From Octopus bimaculoides (Eukaryota): a stretch of 49,360 nucleotides of DNA. The position numbers and the translations under genes are program-made. The notes below the pieces were generated by a model. That model had not been told where the DNA came from and ran no database searches. It worked only from the letters and a program-made list of their open reading frames with translations. Location: the NCBI RefSeq assembly GCF_001194135.2, contig NC_068996.1:54715647-54765006 (forward strand), written 5' to 3'. This document shows, one piece after another, positions 37,953 through 49,250 of this stretch. Each line of letters begins with the position of its first letter. Position 1 is the first letter of the stretch.

Positions 37953-38039
37953 AGAGCATGGCTATTTTCCAGATGGTAGAAGGGTCCTGTCATTTTTCTT
38001 ACTTTAGACTTTACTAAATTCCTTTTGAGGTTTCCTAGT

Positions 38040-38900
38040 TCCAGGTTTTGTTTCCATATCTGGTATTTCTTCTCTAATCCTGATACAAATTCAGCTAGAT
38101 CCTACAGGCAACCGGTCTTAAACTTCTCTGCAATGACTTGAAAAATTATAATGAACAGAAGGCAACTGAAGATTGAACCTAGATGCATGCCCTCTTTTAT
38201 GTAGAATTTATCACAATTATACTTACCAGTACACCTCACGTCTCTGACCACTCCTCTGTACATGGCTTGCACGACTCTTACAAGCCATTCATCTTCTAGA
38301 CATTTCTTCAGTGACCACCAGTTCACAGAGTCTCTTTTGGTCAACAAATGCTAGGTATAGGGGCTAAATCCTGGCTAGATACTTCACCAGCAGGTGTCTC
38401 GATAGGCCAATGGCATCAGAAGTACTTTTTCCAGGTACAAAACCTGACTGCATTATATCTATGTTAAGTGTCTTCATAATAAGTCGTACCTTAACACTTT
38501 TTATAACCTTCATAACCTGATGCAACAGTTTAATACCTCTATAAATACGCCAGTCATTAGGTATGACATCCACCTCTATGACCTGATATGAAGGCGACCA
38601 GCTCATAAAGGATATTCTGCTACATATTTTAAACACCTCAGAGGTGACACCTGATTGACCAAGTACCTTCCCTATCAACACATTCTGAATTGCTCTGTCT
38701 CCCATTCTGCTGCTAGCTTGGATGATTGATTCCTTTGCTGTGGGATAGACCCTATTTCTTTCACGCATTCTTCTCTTCCAGTAATCACTTACATGTTTCT
38801 TTCAATTTGCCTATAACAACAAAAATGCCCCTATCATTTCTTGCACACTTTTTCCAATGATGTGTTGGTTCTCTCTCACATGCTACCTTGCAGTTCAGAT
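38040..38900 (-). mobile_element. Old RTE RT remnant
   Basis: Minus ORFs contain MQSGFVPGKSTSDAI and EDEWLVRVVQAMY...LGSIFSCLLFII. Confidence 0.75.
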
Positions 38901-40563
38901 AGACAGTAATACAAGACTTCAGTGGTAATTGTCTTCGTAACTTTTATACACAGATCAGTTCTTATAATAGCACCCACTGAAGAGAGAAAAGACTCTGGAT
39001 CTGTATGAATAGTCAAGAACAAAGTACTAGTTAGTAAGAGAGATTACAAAATTCTAATATCATCTGGAAAGTAGCTACATTACTTAATATGCAACAAGAA
39101 AAGAAAAGAATGGATATGAACTTGATTGTGTGTATTCAAAGGAAAGCAACAGGTACACAAAAAGATGTAATGTGATTTCTTGTGGGTTCACCAAAAACTA
39201 AGATTTTGGATGTCCATGATAAATATACAAGACTGCATAAGCAGTTTGTTCAGACAACATATTTCACATGGTTGTTTCCATTACCTAAGAGATGTAATTT
39301 ATGTTAAGAAGTTCAAGGAATTGTTGCCAACACTGGTAACACAAAGGCTTTTTTCTCTTTGTATAAAGTAGGTTTAAACATGGTGTTGCATGGGGGATAT
39401 GATGTGAATGTTAGATATGCAGAGATTTGTAAAGAAATGAGATAAGTGTAATATATTGGGTATATAATGAGTAATGCATGAAAAACAGATTACAATCAAA
39501 CTAACAAAACAGCTGGATATTTAAAACAAGAGACAGGAATGTACAGGTTTGGAAACGATGTAAAGAAATGAGTTGCTTGCTCTCGGGATATTACTGCTAA
39601 CAGAGAGATGGAAAGCAGTAAATACTTAATTCTATTGTTAATATGATGAATATTGACATTAGCTTTAATTCTATTGTAAACAGAAAAATAATCACATTCA
39701 TTTCTGCTGTCTAGTCTTCTTCAGATGGCACCTGTGCTTTGAAAAATCTCTCCATCTACTTGCCATAATTAATTTCTTTTTTTTTTTTTTCTTAAAATTA
39801 TTTTGCGGGGGAGTTCCGAATCAGGATATCCCCCACCCCACCCCATAAGTTGGATCTTCTCCGTTTTGACAATGATTTCGGGCTCTCCAATACATTTTTT
39901 AATTGGGGGGGGGGGATTTTCAAACTTTTTTTTAATAGCATAAAATGTATTTGAGGAGAAAAGTATTGAAAAACATCAATGCATGTCAGAGTAACAAAGA
40001 AACGAGGAAGGTGGCCGTGGGATGTACTAGAAACAATAGTCACATCTCCCTTAAATCACACACCTTTTCGTATGAATTTTCTTTTTTACCGAAAAGGCTT
40101 CTCATGGTTTTTAAGTGTGCAGTGCCCCCAAAAATTGACCAAAATCGGTAATGGGGTAGGGAATGGCTAGCAAAAAAATCATAATTTTTTCAAAATTTTT
40201 TACATGTAAAGATGCCATTCACCATTTCGAAGGCCGTGATGAGAACAAACATTGGGAAAATCCGGAGAAAATCCAACTTGTGGTGATCGTCCTGATTAGA
40301 AACTCAGCCTGAAAATGATTCAATTTAAGCGAATTAGTGGATTCCGAGCAAATTTCTGATAGTTAACAACTTCAGCAATGCAAATAATAATGCGAAATGT
40401 TTAATTCTTTAGTTACACCTTACTTATGCAGCAATGGACGGTGTCTCGGTGCACATCACACAGATAACTTTAGTTACCTTAATAAAGGTAGTAAACTTCT
40501 TTTTGTAACTTTACTATGCACACACGACATATATATATGTACATGTGTGTTTGTGTGTGTGCA

Positions 40564-40611
<48 letters not shown>

Positions 40612-40739
40612 CACACTCCAATTCATCCGCACCGATATATCCACAGCACCCTTTAACTGCATATTGGAAATTACTACACAGGTGTACTGATGCACCATAG
40701 CGTTTGTATCTATCTATTCNNNNNNNNNNGGACACATAG

Positions 40740-41040
40740 TAGAAGTGTTTACACAAGCCAACTTGACGTTTCCTGTCGTTACTAGATTCACCGATCAATG
40801 AAACACCGGACAAAACGACAAATTAAACAGTTATATTCGGTAATGCAATTCATTAATATTTTCAAGAATCTGAATTTTCGGAAGAGTGAATTAGAAAGAA
40901 AAAAAACACAGCTATTAAGTCTTAAAATAGATTCTTAAAAAAATCATATTTGTTACCGTGTGATAGTAAATAGAGACGATTGTTGATTGAGGTGACAGTG
41001 CTTTCACTTCCGGTAATTCACGTATTTATACGCGAGGTTA
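40740..41040 (-). promoter_or_regulatory. Candidate promoter and first exon of the minus-strand host gene
   Basis: Non-repetitive, CpG-retaining stretch. ETS-type CACTTCCGG at 41005-41013, and a pyrimidine-rich minus-strand leader ending at the donor-like ATCG|gtgaat (40790-40791). Motifs this short can occur by chance. Confidence 0.3.
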
Positions 41041-41929
41041 ATATTTCATTCATTCATCGGAGATACGCGGTGTGAATGAATGTGAGATTCTTAGAAAAAA
41101 ACATCGATTATTAGATTGTAGTAGATGTTTATATAGCCAATATATTGGAGTACATACATATTTGGGCCTTAAAAAAATATTCATTGGAGCGCGGAGAAAC
41201 ATGGAGAAAACAAAAGGAAAACCATACTAATTGTTTACTTGTAGGTTCGATATTGAGACACTTTGTTTACATTCCTTTCCAACAGCATCTAACGTCGCTC
41301 GATATGTTGGAAAATCCCCCTCAGATTACACTCTGCCATCTTACAAACGAAAGAATATTTACTTGTAAGGCTGTAAACTCAAAACAAAAACGGGCGGAAT
41401 TCTCGTTAAAGAACCCCATATAATCCCGCATGGTTTTTTGGGGGGTTTATTTATTTTTTTTTTTTGTATTTTCAGAAAATGTTTATGAATTTACGTTCCA
41501 CACTCAGGAATTCATACGATTATGAAAAACAAAATATGATATTAATTTCTCAAACCCACCTCACCCACAATAAATCTTAAAATGGTCACTCTTTTTCGGG
41601 GTTTTTTTTTTTTTTGAAGCAGAATTTAAAACACGAAGTCCGAATTTTTGGTTCAAATCCCAGCAATAGACCATTAAATGTGTTTATGGGTAGAAAAATA
41701 TCAATACATATTAGAGTGGCAAGGAAAGTATCAGGTGGTTATGTGATTTGCTGAAAATAACAACTAAATCGCCCTTTCGGTTTCTGCATAGTTTTATAAA
41801 TTCCCATGAATTCAAATGAATGGCGTGATAAAGATATTTGACTCTGATTTCTTGCATGATTGGAGACTGTATGCGAACACTAGTGAGAAAATAAAAATCA
41901 TACGAGTTCAAATACGTTATCACGATTGT

Positions 41930-44900
41930 TAGTTGCTTTTAGATGAACTACCTAAGAGAGTTTTGTCTACTAAATTACAGGGAAAAAAAGTAGTCGGTTC
42001 CAGCAGGTGTTGTGGAAATGTTCTGGTCATCCACTGGGGCAGGGAGGCCTTCGGACCTAACAGTTCTCCGTGCCACTGGACCAGGGTCTCTTCTGCCGAG
42101 AGAGTGGGACTGTCCACGTACATCGACTCTTTCACAGGTGTCTGTATCCCAGCAGCGACGGGGGAATGGCGAAAATGACAGGTGGAGGTAACCACTGGAA
42201 GTCATAGTCTCGAGCCTGCACGTTGGTGGCCTGGGACTTTGACCGTTGTTCTTCGAACTCGAGGCAGCGGAGGACTCTGGCAGCATCTCAAGCGCCTAAG
42301 TAGCTTTTTAGGAATGCACTGCTCACCCCAGTAAGGGAGGGGGCCTAGAAAAGGTGACCTAAAGAAACCCTGCACTACACCGTCTGCTCAGTTTACCGCG
42401 GCTGGCAGACTTACCTATTTGCAGTGGATTCCAACTGAAAAAGAAACATCGAGACGCGGAACGTGCGTAACCTTCTAGAACGTGACAATGTCTCTCAAGA
42501 CCCAAGTGAAGGACAGCCCTTGTAGCCAACAAACTGTCAAGGTACAACATCGACATTGCTGCTTTGAGCGTACCCAGACTGGTCGAAGAGGGATCACTGA
42601 CTGAATCCAATGGATACACCTTTTTCTGGAAAGGAAAGGCCCAGAACGAAGACCACATCCACGGGATTGGACTTGCCATCAGCACCAAACTCTTCAAACA
42701 GATCCCCGATCTCCCGACTGACGTCAATGAAAGGCTGATGAAGATCCGCCTCCCCATCACCAACAGGCGGTTCATCACTATCATCAGCGCCTACGCCCTC
42801 ACCATGACATCCACGGAAGAAGTCAAGGAGCAATTCTACACCGACCTGGACAATCTTCTACGCACCATGCCTGCTACTGACAAGTTCATCCTGCTGGGTG
42901 ACTTCAACGCCAGAGCTGGCAGTGAGAGTAACGAGTAGAAGGGAGTGGTCGGAAGGCACGGTGTTGCCAAGACGAACAGCAACGAACTTCTACTGAACAA
43001 ATGTACAGAACAGGAAGTGCTCGTCACAAACACAGTCTTTAGGCAGGCTGATAAATACAAGAACACATTCATGCACCTCCGATCCAAACAATGGCATCTC
43101 ATGGCCTACATCATCACCCGTCAGCGAGACAGCAGTGACGTCCTCACCATCAGAGCAATGCGCAGCGCAGACTGCTGGACAGGACAACCGCCTTGCTCGA
43201 GTCATGCTCAATATTCGCACAGACCCCACCACCCCAAGTGCTATAAGCTCATCAAGCAGGCCTTCAACACAGCAAGACTCCAGTCTACTCAATAACAGCG
43301 GGACTTCAAGAACAGCCTTGATGAAAGACTCGATGCAGCAGATCTGCTTACTGGAGAACCAGAGGAACAATGGAACCAGTTCAAAGAATCGGTCACTGAG
43401 ACAACCAAAGCAGTCTTTGGCTCCAAGAGGAAGCATCATCAAGACTGGTTTGACGAAAACAATGAAGCCGTCCAAGCCCTGCTGAATGAGAAGAGAGCTG
43501 CCTACATCAACTGGCAGAACCATCCCAGCTGTATCTCACGACGTGAAAGGTTCAAAGAATGCAAGGCCAGAGTTCAGCATGAACTCAACGCCATATGAGT
43601 TGCTTGGTGGGAAAAGAAGCTGATGAAGTGCAGTTCTACGCTGACACAAAAAACTCTAAGCAGCTGTTTAAAGGCATCTACGGGCCTTCAAGTAGATGAT
43701 TGGCACTCCTACTCTCCGCTATCATCAAAGACAAGGAAGGTCTCAGTGCAAGATGGCAGGGACACTTCACCCAGCTCCTCAACTGCCTTTCCATCGTCGA
43801 CCAAACAGCCCTACAGCAAATCACCCAGCAGCCAATCCAGGAGGATCTGGACCTCCCCGCCTACCGAAGAAGAGGAACAGACCACCATCAAACAGATGAC
43901 CTGCGGTAAAGCACCAGGAAGGGATGGAATACCTGCTGAACTGCTCAAGTCACTCGAACCCACAGCCTTCAACACCTTCCATGACATCCTCTTGACCATT
44001 TGGGACCAGGACGACATCCCAACAGATCTGTGAGACGCCACTATAGTCGCAGTACCATAGACATGGCGTTTGCTGCGCGACAAGTGCATTGAGCAGCAGA
44101 TGGACGTGTACGCCGTGTTCGTTGACCTGACCAAGGTGTTTGACACAGTCGACTGAGAAGCCTTATGGATCATCCTCAGCAAGCTGGATTGCCCACAAAA
44201 ATTCACAACCTTGGTCAAGCTCTTCCACAACATGAAGTGACAGGTCCTTTCGAACTCCTTTAACATCTCTAATGGAGTCAAATAGGGCTGTCTCTTCGCC
44301 CCAGTGCTCTTCAACTTGTTCTTCACGCAGGTTCTCCTCCATGCTGTAAAAAAACCTCGAACTGGGTGTGTACATCAAGTACCGAAGCGATGGCTCCGTA
44401 TTCGACCTCTCTGCCAAAACGAAACCAGGGAAACACTCATCCTCGAAGGCCTCTTCGCGGATGACTGTGCCGTCATGGTCCACAAGGAAAACCACCTCCA
44501 GATTGTTGTTAATCGCTTCGCCGAGGCATCCAGACTCTTCGGCCTGACCATCAGCCTTGGGTAGACAGAGGTCCTACTCCAGGCAGCAACAAAACTTAAG
44601 GCAACTATCACCATTGATGGGGCTGAGCTGAACTGTGTCGAAAGCTTCAGGTACCTAGGCAGCACTATCTCTGCAGACGGTCCACTGGATAAAGTTATTG
44701 ACATCCAGGATCGAGTAAGCCAGCCAAGCACTCGATAGATTCAGAGTTAAAATACAACAGAAAGGCGTGCGACTGTCCACGAAACTCAAGATATTGTTCT
44801 CTCCACGCTGCTCTCCATACCGCCGGCACATGAAGCAGTTGGAACAATCATGGGCATCCGATGGCAGGACAGTGTCTCCAATCAAGAAGTCCTAGATAAA

Positions 44901-45445
44901 GCAGAGTTCACGAGCGTCGAGACACTTCTGCTCAAAGCTCAATTACTTTGGACCAATCACGTCATCTGAATGAACGACCATCGCATTCTCAGACAGCTGA
45001 TGTGCGGTAAGCTGAAGGAAGGCACAAGGTAACAAGGAAGACCCAAGCTGATGTATAAGGACACCCTAAAGGGCAACCTAAAGTGGTGTGACATCCAACC
45101 TCANNNNNNNNNNNNNNNNNNNNNNNNNNNNNNNNNNNNNNNNNNNNNNNNNNNNNNNNNNNNNNNNNNNNNNNNNNNCCGCAGCCACAAACAGGGCTAC
45201 CTGGAAGTCGATCACCAACACTGCTGTAACTGCTTTTGAGGATGTTAGGCTGCAACGCCTTGCAGCCGCAAGAGACAAACGTCACTGGGCTGCATTATCC
45301 TCAGCCCTGATCACAAACTATCAGTGTCCACCCTGCGGGTGCCTATGAGCTTCCAACTGTGGGCTGCGGAGCCACGTGTGTTCCCACCGCTGACTGCTGA
45401 GACCACAGACTACGTCTTTATCGGAGATCTATGGACTACCAAGAT
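41930..45445 (+). mobile_element. Near full-length, disabled RTE/BovB-like LINE (APE endonuclease, RT, C-terminal C2H2 finger)
   Basis: RYNIDIAALS, YTFFWKGK, HGIGLAI, ERLMKIRLP, IISAYA, LLGDFNARAG, KAPGRDGIPAEL, FVDLTKVFDTV, QGC-like LFAPVLFNLF, FADD at 44454-44465, YLGS, and CPPCG...GLRSHV.SH near 45325-45385. Many stops and frameshifts and an internal RT deletion. Confidence 0.93.
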
Positions 45446-45688
45446 TACGTTTGTGAGACTTGTATGGTGTTTAGTACGCCGAACCTCAAGAAATACTTTC
45501 TCCCAGCCAAACTGAGTACCACCATATAGGGTTAGTCGAACAAATCAAACCAGAAATTATTTTAATCTGATACTTATTTTAATCACTAAATCACAGAGAC
45601 GTCAACGAACATAAACCGATCTTCGTAGGCATGGATACATTCACGCGCGCGTATACATACATACATACATACCTAAAGTGTAGAGTAG

Positions 45689-45944
45689 TACATTATTTAC
45701 ATTTGACGGATATTTGTCCTCATCTTGTTTGTTGTTAACACAACGTTTTGGCTGATATACCCTCCAGCCTTCATCAGGTGTCTTGGGGAAATTTCGAACC
45801 TGGGTTCTCATTCCTAAGGTATTTTTTTATGTTGTTATTATTATTATTTTTATTATTATTATTATTATTCAGGTCACTGCCTGGAATCGAACTTGGAATC
45901 TTGGGGTTAGTAGCCCGCGCTCTTAACCATTACACCATATGCCC
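45689..45944 (-). mobile_element. tRNA-Arg-like SINE with hammerhead-containing body (Pol III boxes intact, ribozyme core mutated)
   Basis: Minus head GGGCATATGGTGTAATGGTTAAGAGCGCGGGCTACTAACCCCAAGATTCCAAGTTCGATTCCAGGC resembles tRNA-Arg(ACG); A box 45927-45937, B box 45883-45894. An (AAT)n linker and the body follow. Confidence 0.85.
45737..45782 (-). ncRNA. Minimal type I hammerhead motif, predicted inactive (G12A)
   Basis: GACAC-CUGAUGA-A-GGCUG(loop)CAGCC-AAA-ACGU-U-GUGUU; identical to the plus copy except at 45749. Confidence 0.7.
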
Positions 45945-45946
45945 GT

Positions 45947-46200
45947 GGCATATGGCAGTGACTTGAACAACAACAAAAACAACAACAACAACAACAATAA
46001 TAATAATAATAATAATAACAGCAAGAACATCGAAAAATACCTTAGGAATGAGAACCCAGGTTTGAAATTTCCCCAAGACACCTGATGAAGGCTGGAGGGT
46101 ATATCAGCCGAAACGTTGTGTTAACAACAAACAAGATGAGGACGAATATCCGTCAAATGTAAATAATGTAAATAATTCCTCATCTCTTAAATATAGAACT
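45947..46200 (+). mobile_element. Second copy of the same SINE, with a 55-nt deletion in the tRNA head
   Basis: GGCATATGG is joined directly to CAGTGAC, then (CAA)n(TAA)n, the body, and 3' end ...cctcatctcttaaatatagaact. Confidence 0.85.
46077..46122 (+). ncRNA. Minimal type I hammerhead ribozyme motif with intact core
   Basis: Stem I GACAC (46077-81)/GUGUU (46118-22); CUGAUGA 46082-88; extra A 46089; stem II GGCUG (46090-94)/CAGCC (46105-09); GAA 46110-12; palindromic stem III ACGU 46113-16; predicted cleavage after U46117 (GUU). Confidence 0.8.
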
Positions 46201-47879
46201 GGAGAAGAGTAGTATATTCATAAGCCCAGCTGATACATACAAATATACACACACACACATACATACACACATGCATGCATGCACATATACACACACTCAC
46301 ACGTGCGAACCTACGTATGTATATACATANNNNNNNNNNTTACTGAGTCACGGTCTTGCACAGACACTGCATGTCAGTGTCATACATACATACATACATA
46401 CATACGTATCTACGTACTTCATACACACACACACGTACGTATGTACACACACACACACATATATATACACATACACATTCAAACACATACATACATCCAT
46501 CCATACATACATACATACATACATTCATGCATATGTTAGGAACGACCGTGCGAACTCATAAAAGGAGAAATGGTGACGAATGGAAAAACAGGACTCCTTT
46601 TATTTAAACGCGTCACACGGTCGAACACACAAATATATATCAAATGTGATGATATACATAATGTTATACGTCGATAACATATGTGACCAGTAATGAAAGA
46701 CCACAACCGTATTAGATGAATAACAGATATATTTATTGTAGTGTTAAAGATGTATGTCTGTGTGAGAGTGTGAATGCGACATATAATAACATAATCAAAG
46801 ACAGGCCGTCGTACAAAGAAAAGTGTGTATGTGAGTGATACATGTGTGTATGTGAAATATTACAGCAGAGAAAGAGTCAATGACACGTGAGCAATTATAC
46901 CAGATCTTGGGTACACAATAAGAAAAGTTCTGTATGTGAAAGTGAGGGAGGCTGAGTTTGGCAGAGCTGATCACTAGTTGTGATTTCGAGGCATCGATGC
47001 CTAGCCGTGATTCTTGTTATACAGATGTTCNNNNNNNNNNNNNNNNNNNNNNNNNNNNNNNNNNNNNNNNNNNNNNNNNNNNNNNNNNNNNNNNNNNNNN
47101 NNNNNNNNNNNNNNNNNNNNNNNNNNNNNNNNNNNNNNNNNNNNNNNNNNNNNNNNNNNNNNNNNNNNNNNNNNNNNNNNNNNNNNNNNNNNNNNNNNNN
47201 NNNNNNNNNNNNNNNNNNNNNNNNNNNNNNNNNNNNNNNNNNNNNNNNNNNNNNNNNNNNNNNNNNNNNNNNNNNNNNNNNNNNNNNNNNNNNNNNNNNN
47301 NNNNNNNNNNNNNNNNNNNNNNNNNNNNNNNNNNNNNNNNNNNNNNNNNNNNNNNNNNNNNNNNNNNNNNNNNNNNNNNNNNNNNNNNNNNNNNNNNNNN
47401 NNNNNNNNNNNNNNNNNNNNNNNNNNNNNNNNNNNNNNNNNNNNNNNNNNNNNNNNNNNNNNNNNNNNNNNNNNNNNNNNNNNNNNNNNNNNNNNNNNNN
47501 NNNNNNNNNNNNNNNNNNNNNNNNNNNNNNNNNNNNNNNNNNNNNNNNNNNNNNNNNNNNNNNNNNNNGTTAAAGTTATTTATAACAAACTATGGGCTCC
47601 CGAAGGCTTCAGAATTTTACTCTATCACGTGACCTTATTAGGGGCCGTGATTGGTCAGTTCGCGTTCTGGCGGGAACGGTTCGAAGAAGTTGCCGATTCG
47701 AATAACGATCAGTCACGTGATGGACAAGGAATGGGTTCTCTACTACGCTCGCATTTATTTATATTTAAATGAGAAGATTGAATGTAATGGCGATAGTAGT
47801 TTGTATCTAATGGCGGGAGGTAGTTTCACTACACATACATACATACATACATACATACATACATACACACGCACAGACA

Positions 47880-48780
47880 CGTCATCATCATTCAGCGTTC
47901 ATGTTCTATGCTCGTATGGTTTGACGAGACGTAATGAGTACAAGTACCTCATCGTGCTCCGATGTCAGCTTTGGCATGATTTCTACGTCTGGATGCCTTT
48001 CCTAACACCAACCACTTTACAGAGGGTACTGGGTGCTATTTTCGTGTCACTGGCACCAGTGAGGTCAGCATGCAGTTTGGCAGACTATTGAAACCGAGGT
48101 GGAGGGCAGCAGTATCATAAGAGATGAGGGTTAAAGTATGAGAGAAGGGTGGAGCAGAGCAGGTTCTTGCGTTTAGAAGAGAGTGAGTGAGAAAGAATCA
48201 GTAGTGGCTGCGAAGAAGAGATCAATAATGGTGATCAGTAATGGTGTCCAGGTGGCACCTCAAGGCACAAGGTGAGATGTAGTGGGAGGAGCTAGAGGGA
48301 CTAAGTGTGTGAGTGAGTGGGGCTTTGCAAGAGTGTATGGTGGGGGCAAGGGGTAGGAGACAATGGGAGCGGGCAGGGGAGATAGGCAACAGCTGTAACG
48401 ATTGGGTGGAATTGAAGGAAGTGATCAATACAGGGTTGGGACAAGCACTGGTATTGGGGAATCTAGAGAGCAGAGGAGAGAAAACATGTAGTTGGGAAGC
48501 TGCAAAAGGGAGAAAGAGGTAGGTGTAGTGCACATGGAGAGATAATCTGGGGATACAGAGGTGAGGGGACACGTGGTTGGGTAGACAGAAGGAGAGAAAG
48601 GAAGAATAGTGTGTGAGCAAATAATTTGGCAGTCTAGTGAGAGGTAAGTGAGAAGGAGATAGATGGTGAAGGGGATGATCATTGTAATGTGTGGGTGCAG
48701 TCAACAGTATCAATGGATGAAGAATGGCTCACAAGCGAAATGGCTTTGGACGAAAATAGTGGAATCAGAAGACTGCTGCA
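47880..48780 (-). mobile_element. Old RTE-subfamily 3' UTR with tail
   Basis: A degenerate family tail (catcatcattcagcgttcatgttctatgctcgtatgg...ctggatgcctttcctaacacc) is followed by the purine-rich plus-strand block. Confidence 0.55.
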
Positions 48781-48829
48781 GTGGGAGAGGCGTTAGGGGG
48801 TGATACGGAGGGAGGAGGAGAATTTGGTG

Positions 48830-49250
48830 CCCATTTATTCACATATACACACAGGGTTTCCAGAAGTCAACTTCACCGCAATGGACAAGAACAGTGCATT
48901 GCCAGATATCTCGATTTTGTGACAGCTCCTTCGAGAGACTCAGAGTCCTAATGGTGTATAACCACTTTCCTATAATACTTTTGTGATGGAGTAGTGACGT
49001 CATATTGGCGCCAAAAAGCAGGCGCCATTACTGAATCCTGCGTGGGTTTCAACATCGAAGCGTTCCCGCTATTAGACTGTCTCTTACCAAGCCAGACAGC
49101 GACCAAGCAAGACGTCTAAGCAAGCTCTCCCATTTGAGTGTGGTTGAACCAAGTTGTCTCTATAACGACACCAGCTCGAAGAACCGTACATCTACATTTC
49201 AGGCTACTCTAAAACCGGACAATTAGAAGCTGTTTTATTTTCCACCGAAC
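48830..49250 (+). mobile_element. Possible Penelope-like RT remnant
   Basis: Fragments EVNFTAMDKNSALPDISIL and VY....WSS..LAPK recall the Penelope RT thumb text (FTME...LPFLD...VYRK..WSSFAP); heavily frameshifted. Confidence 0.35.

Noticed and set aside
45872-45944. Possible tRNA gene (anticodon loop CTACTAA)
   Set aside because: The acceptor and anticodon stems pair poorly, there is no oligo-T terminator, and it continues into a repeat body. It is a SINE head derived from tRNA-Arg.
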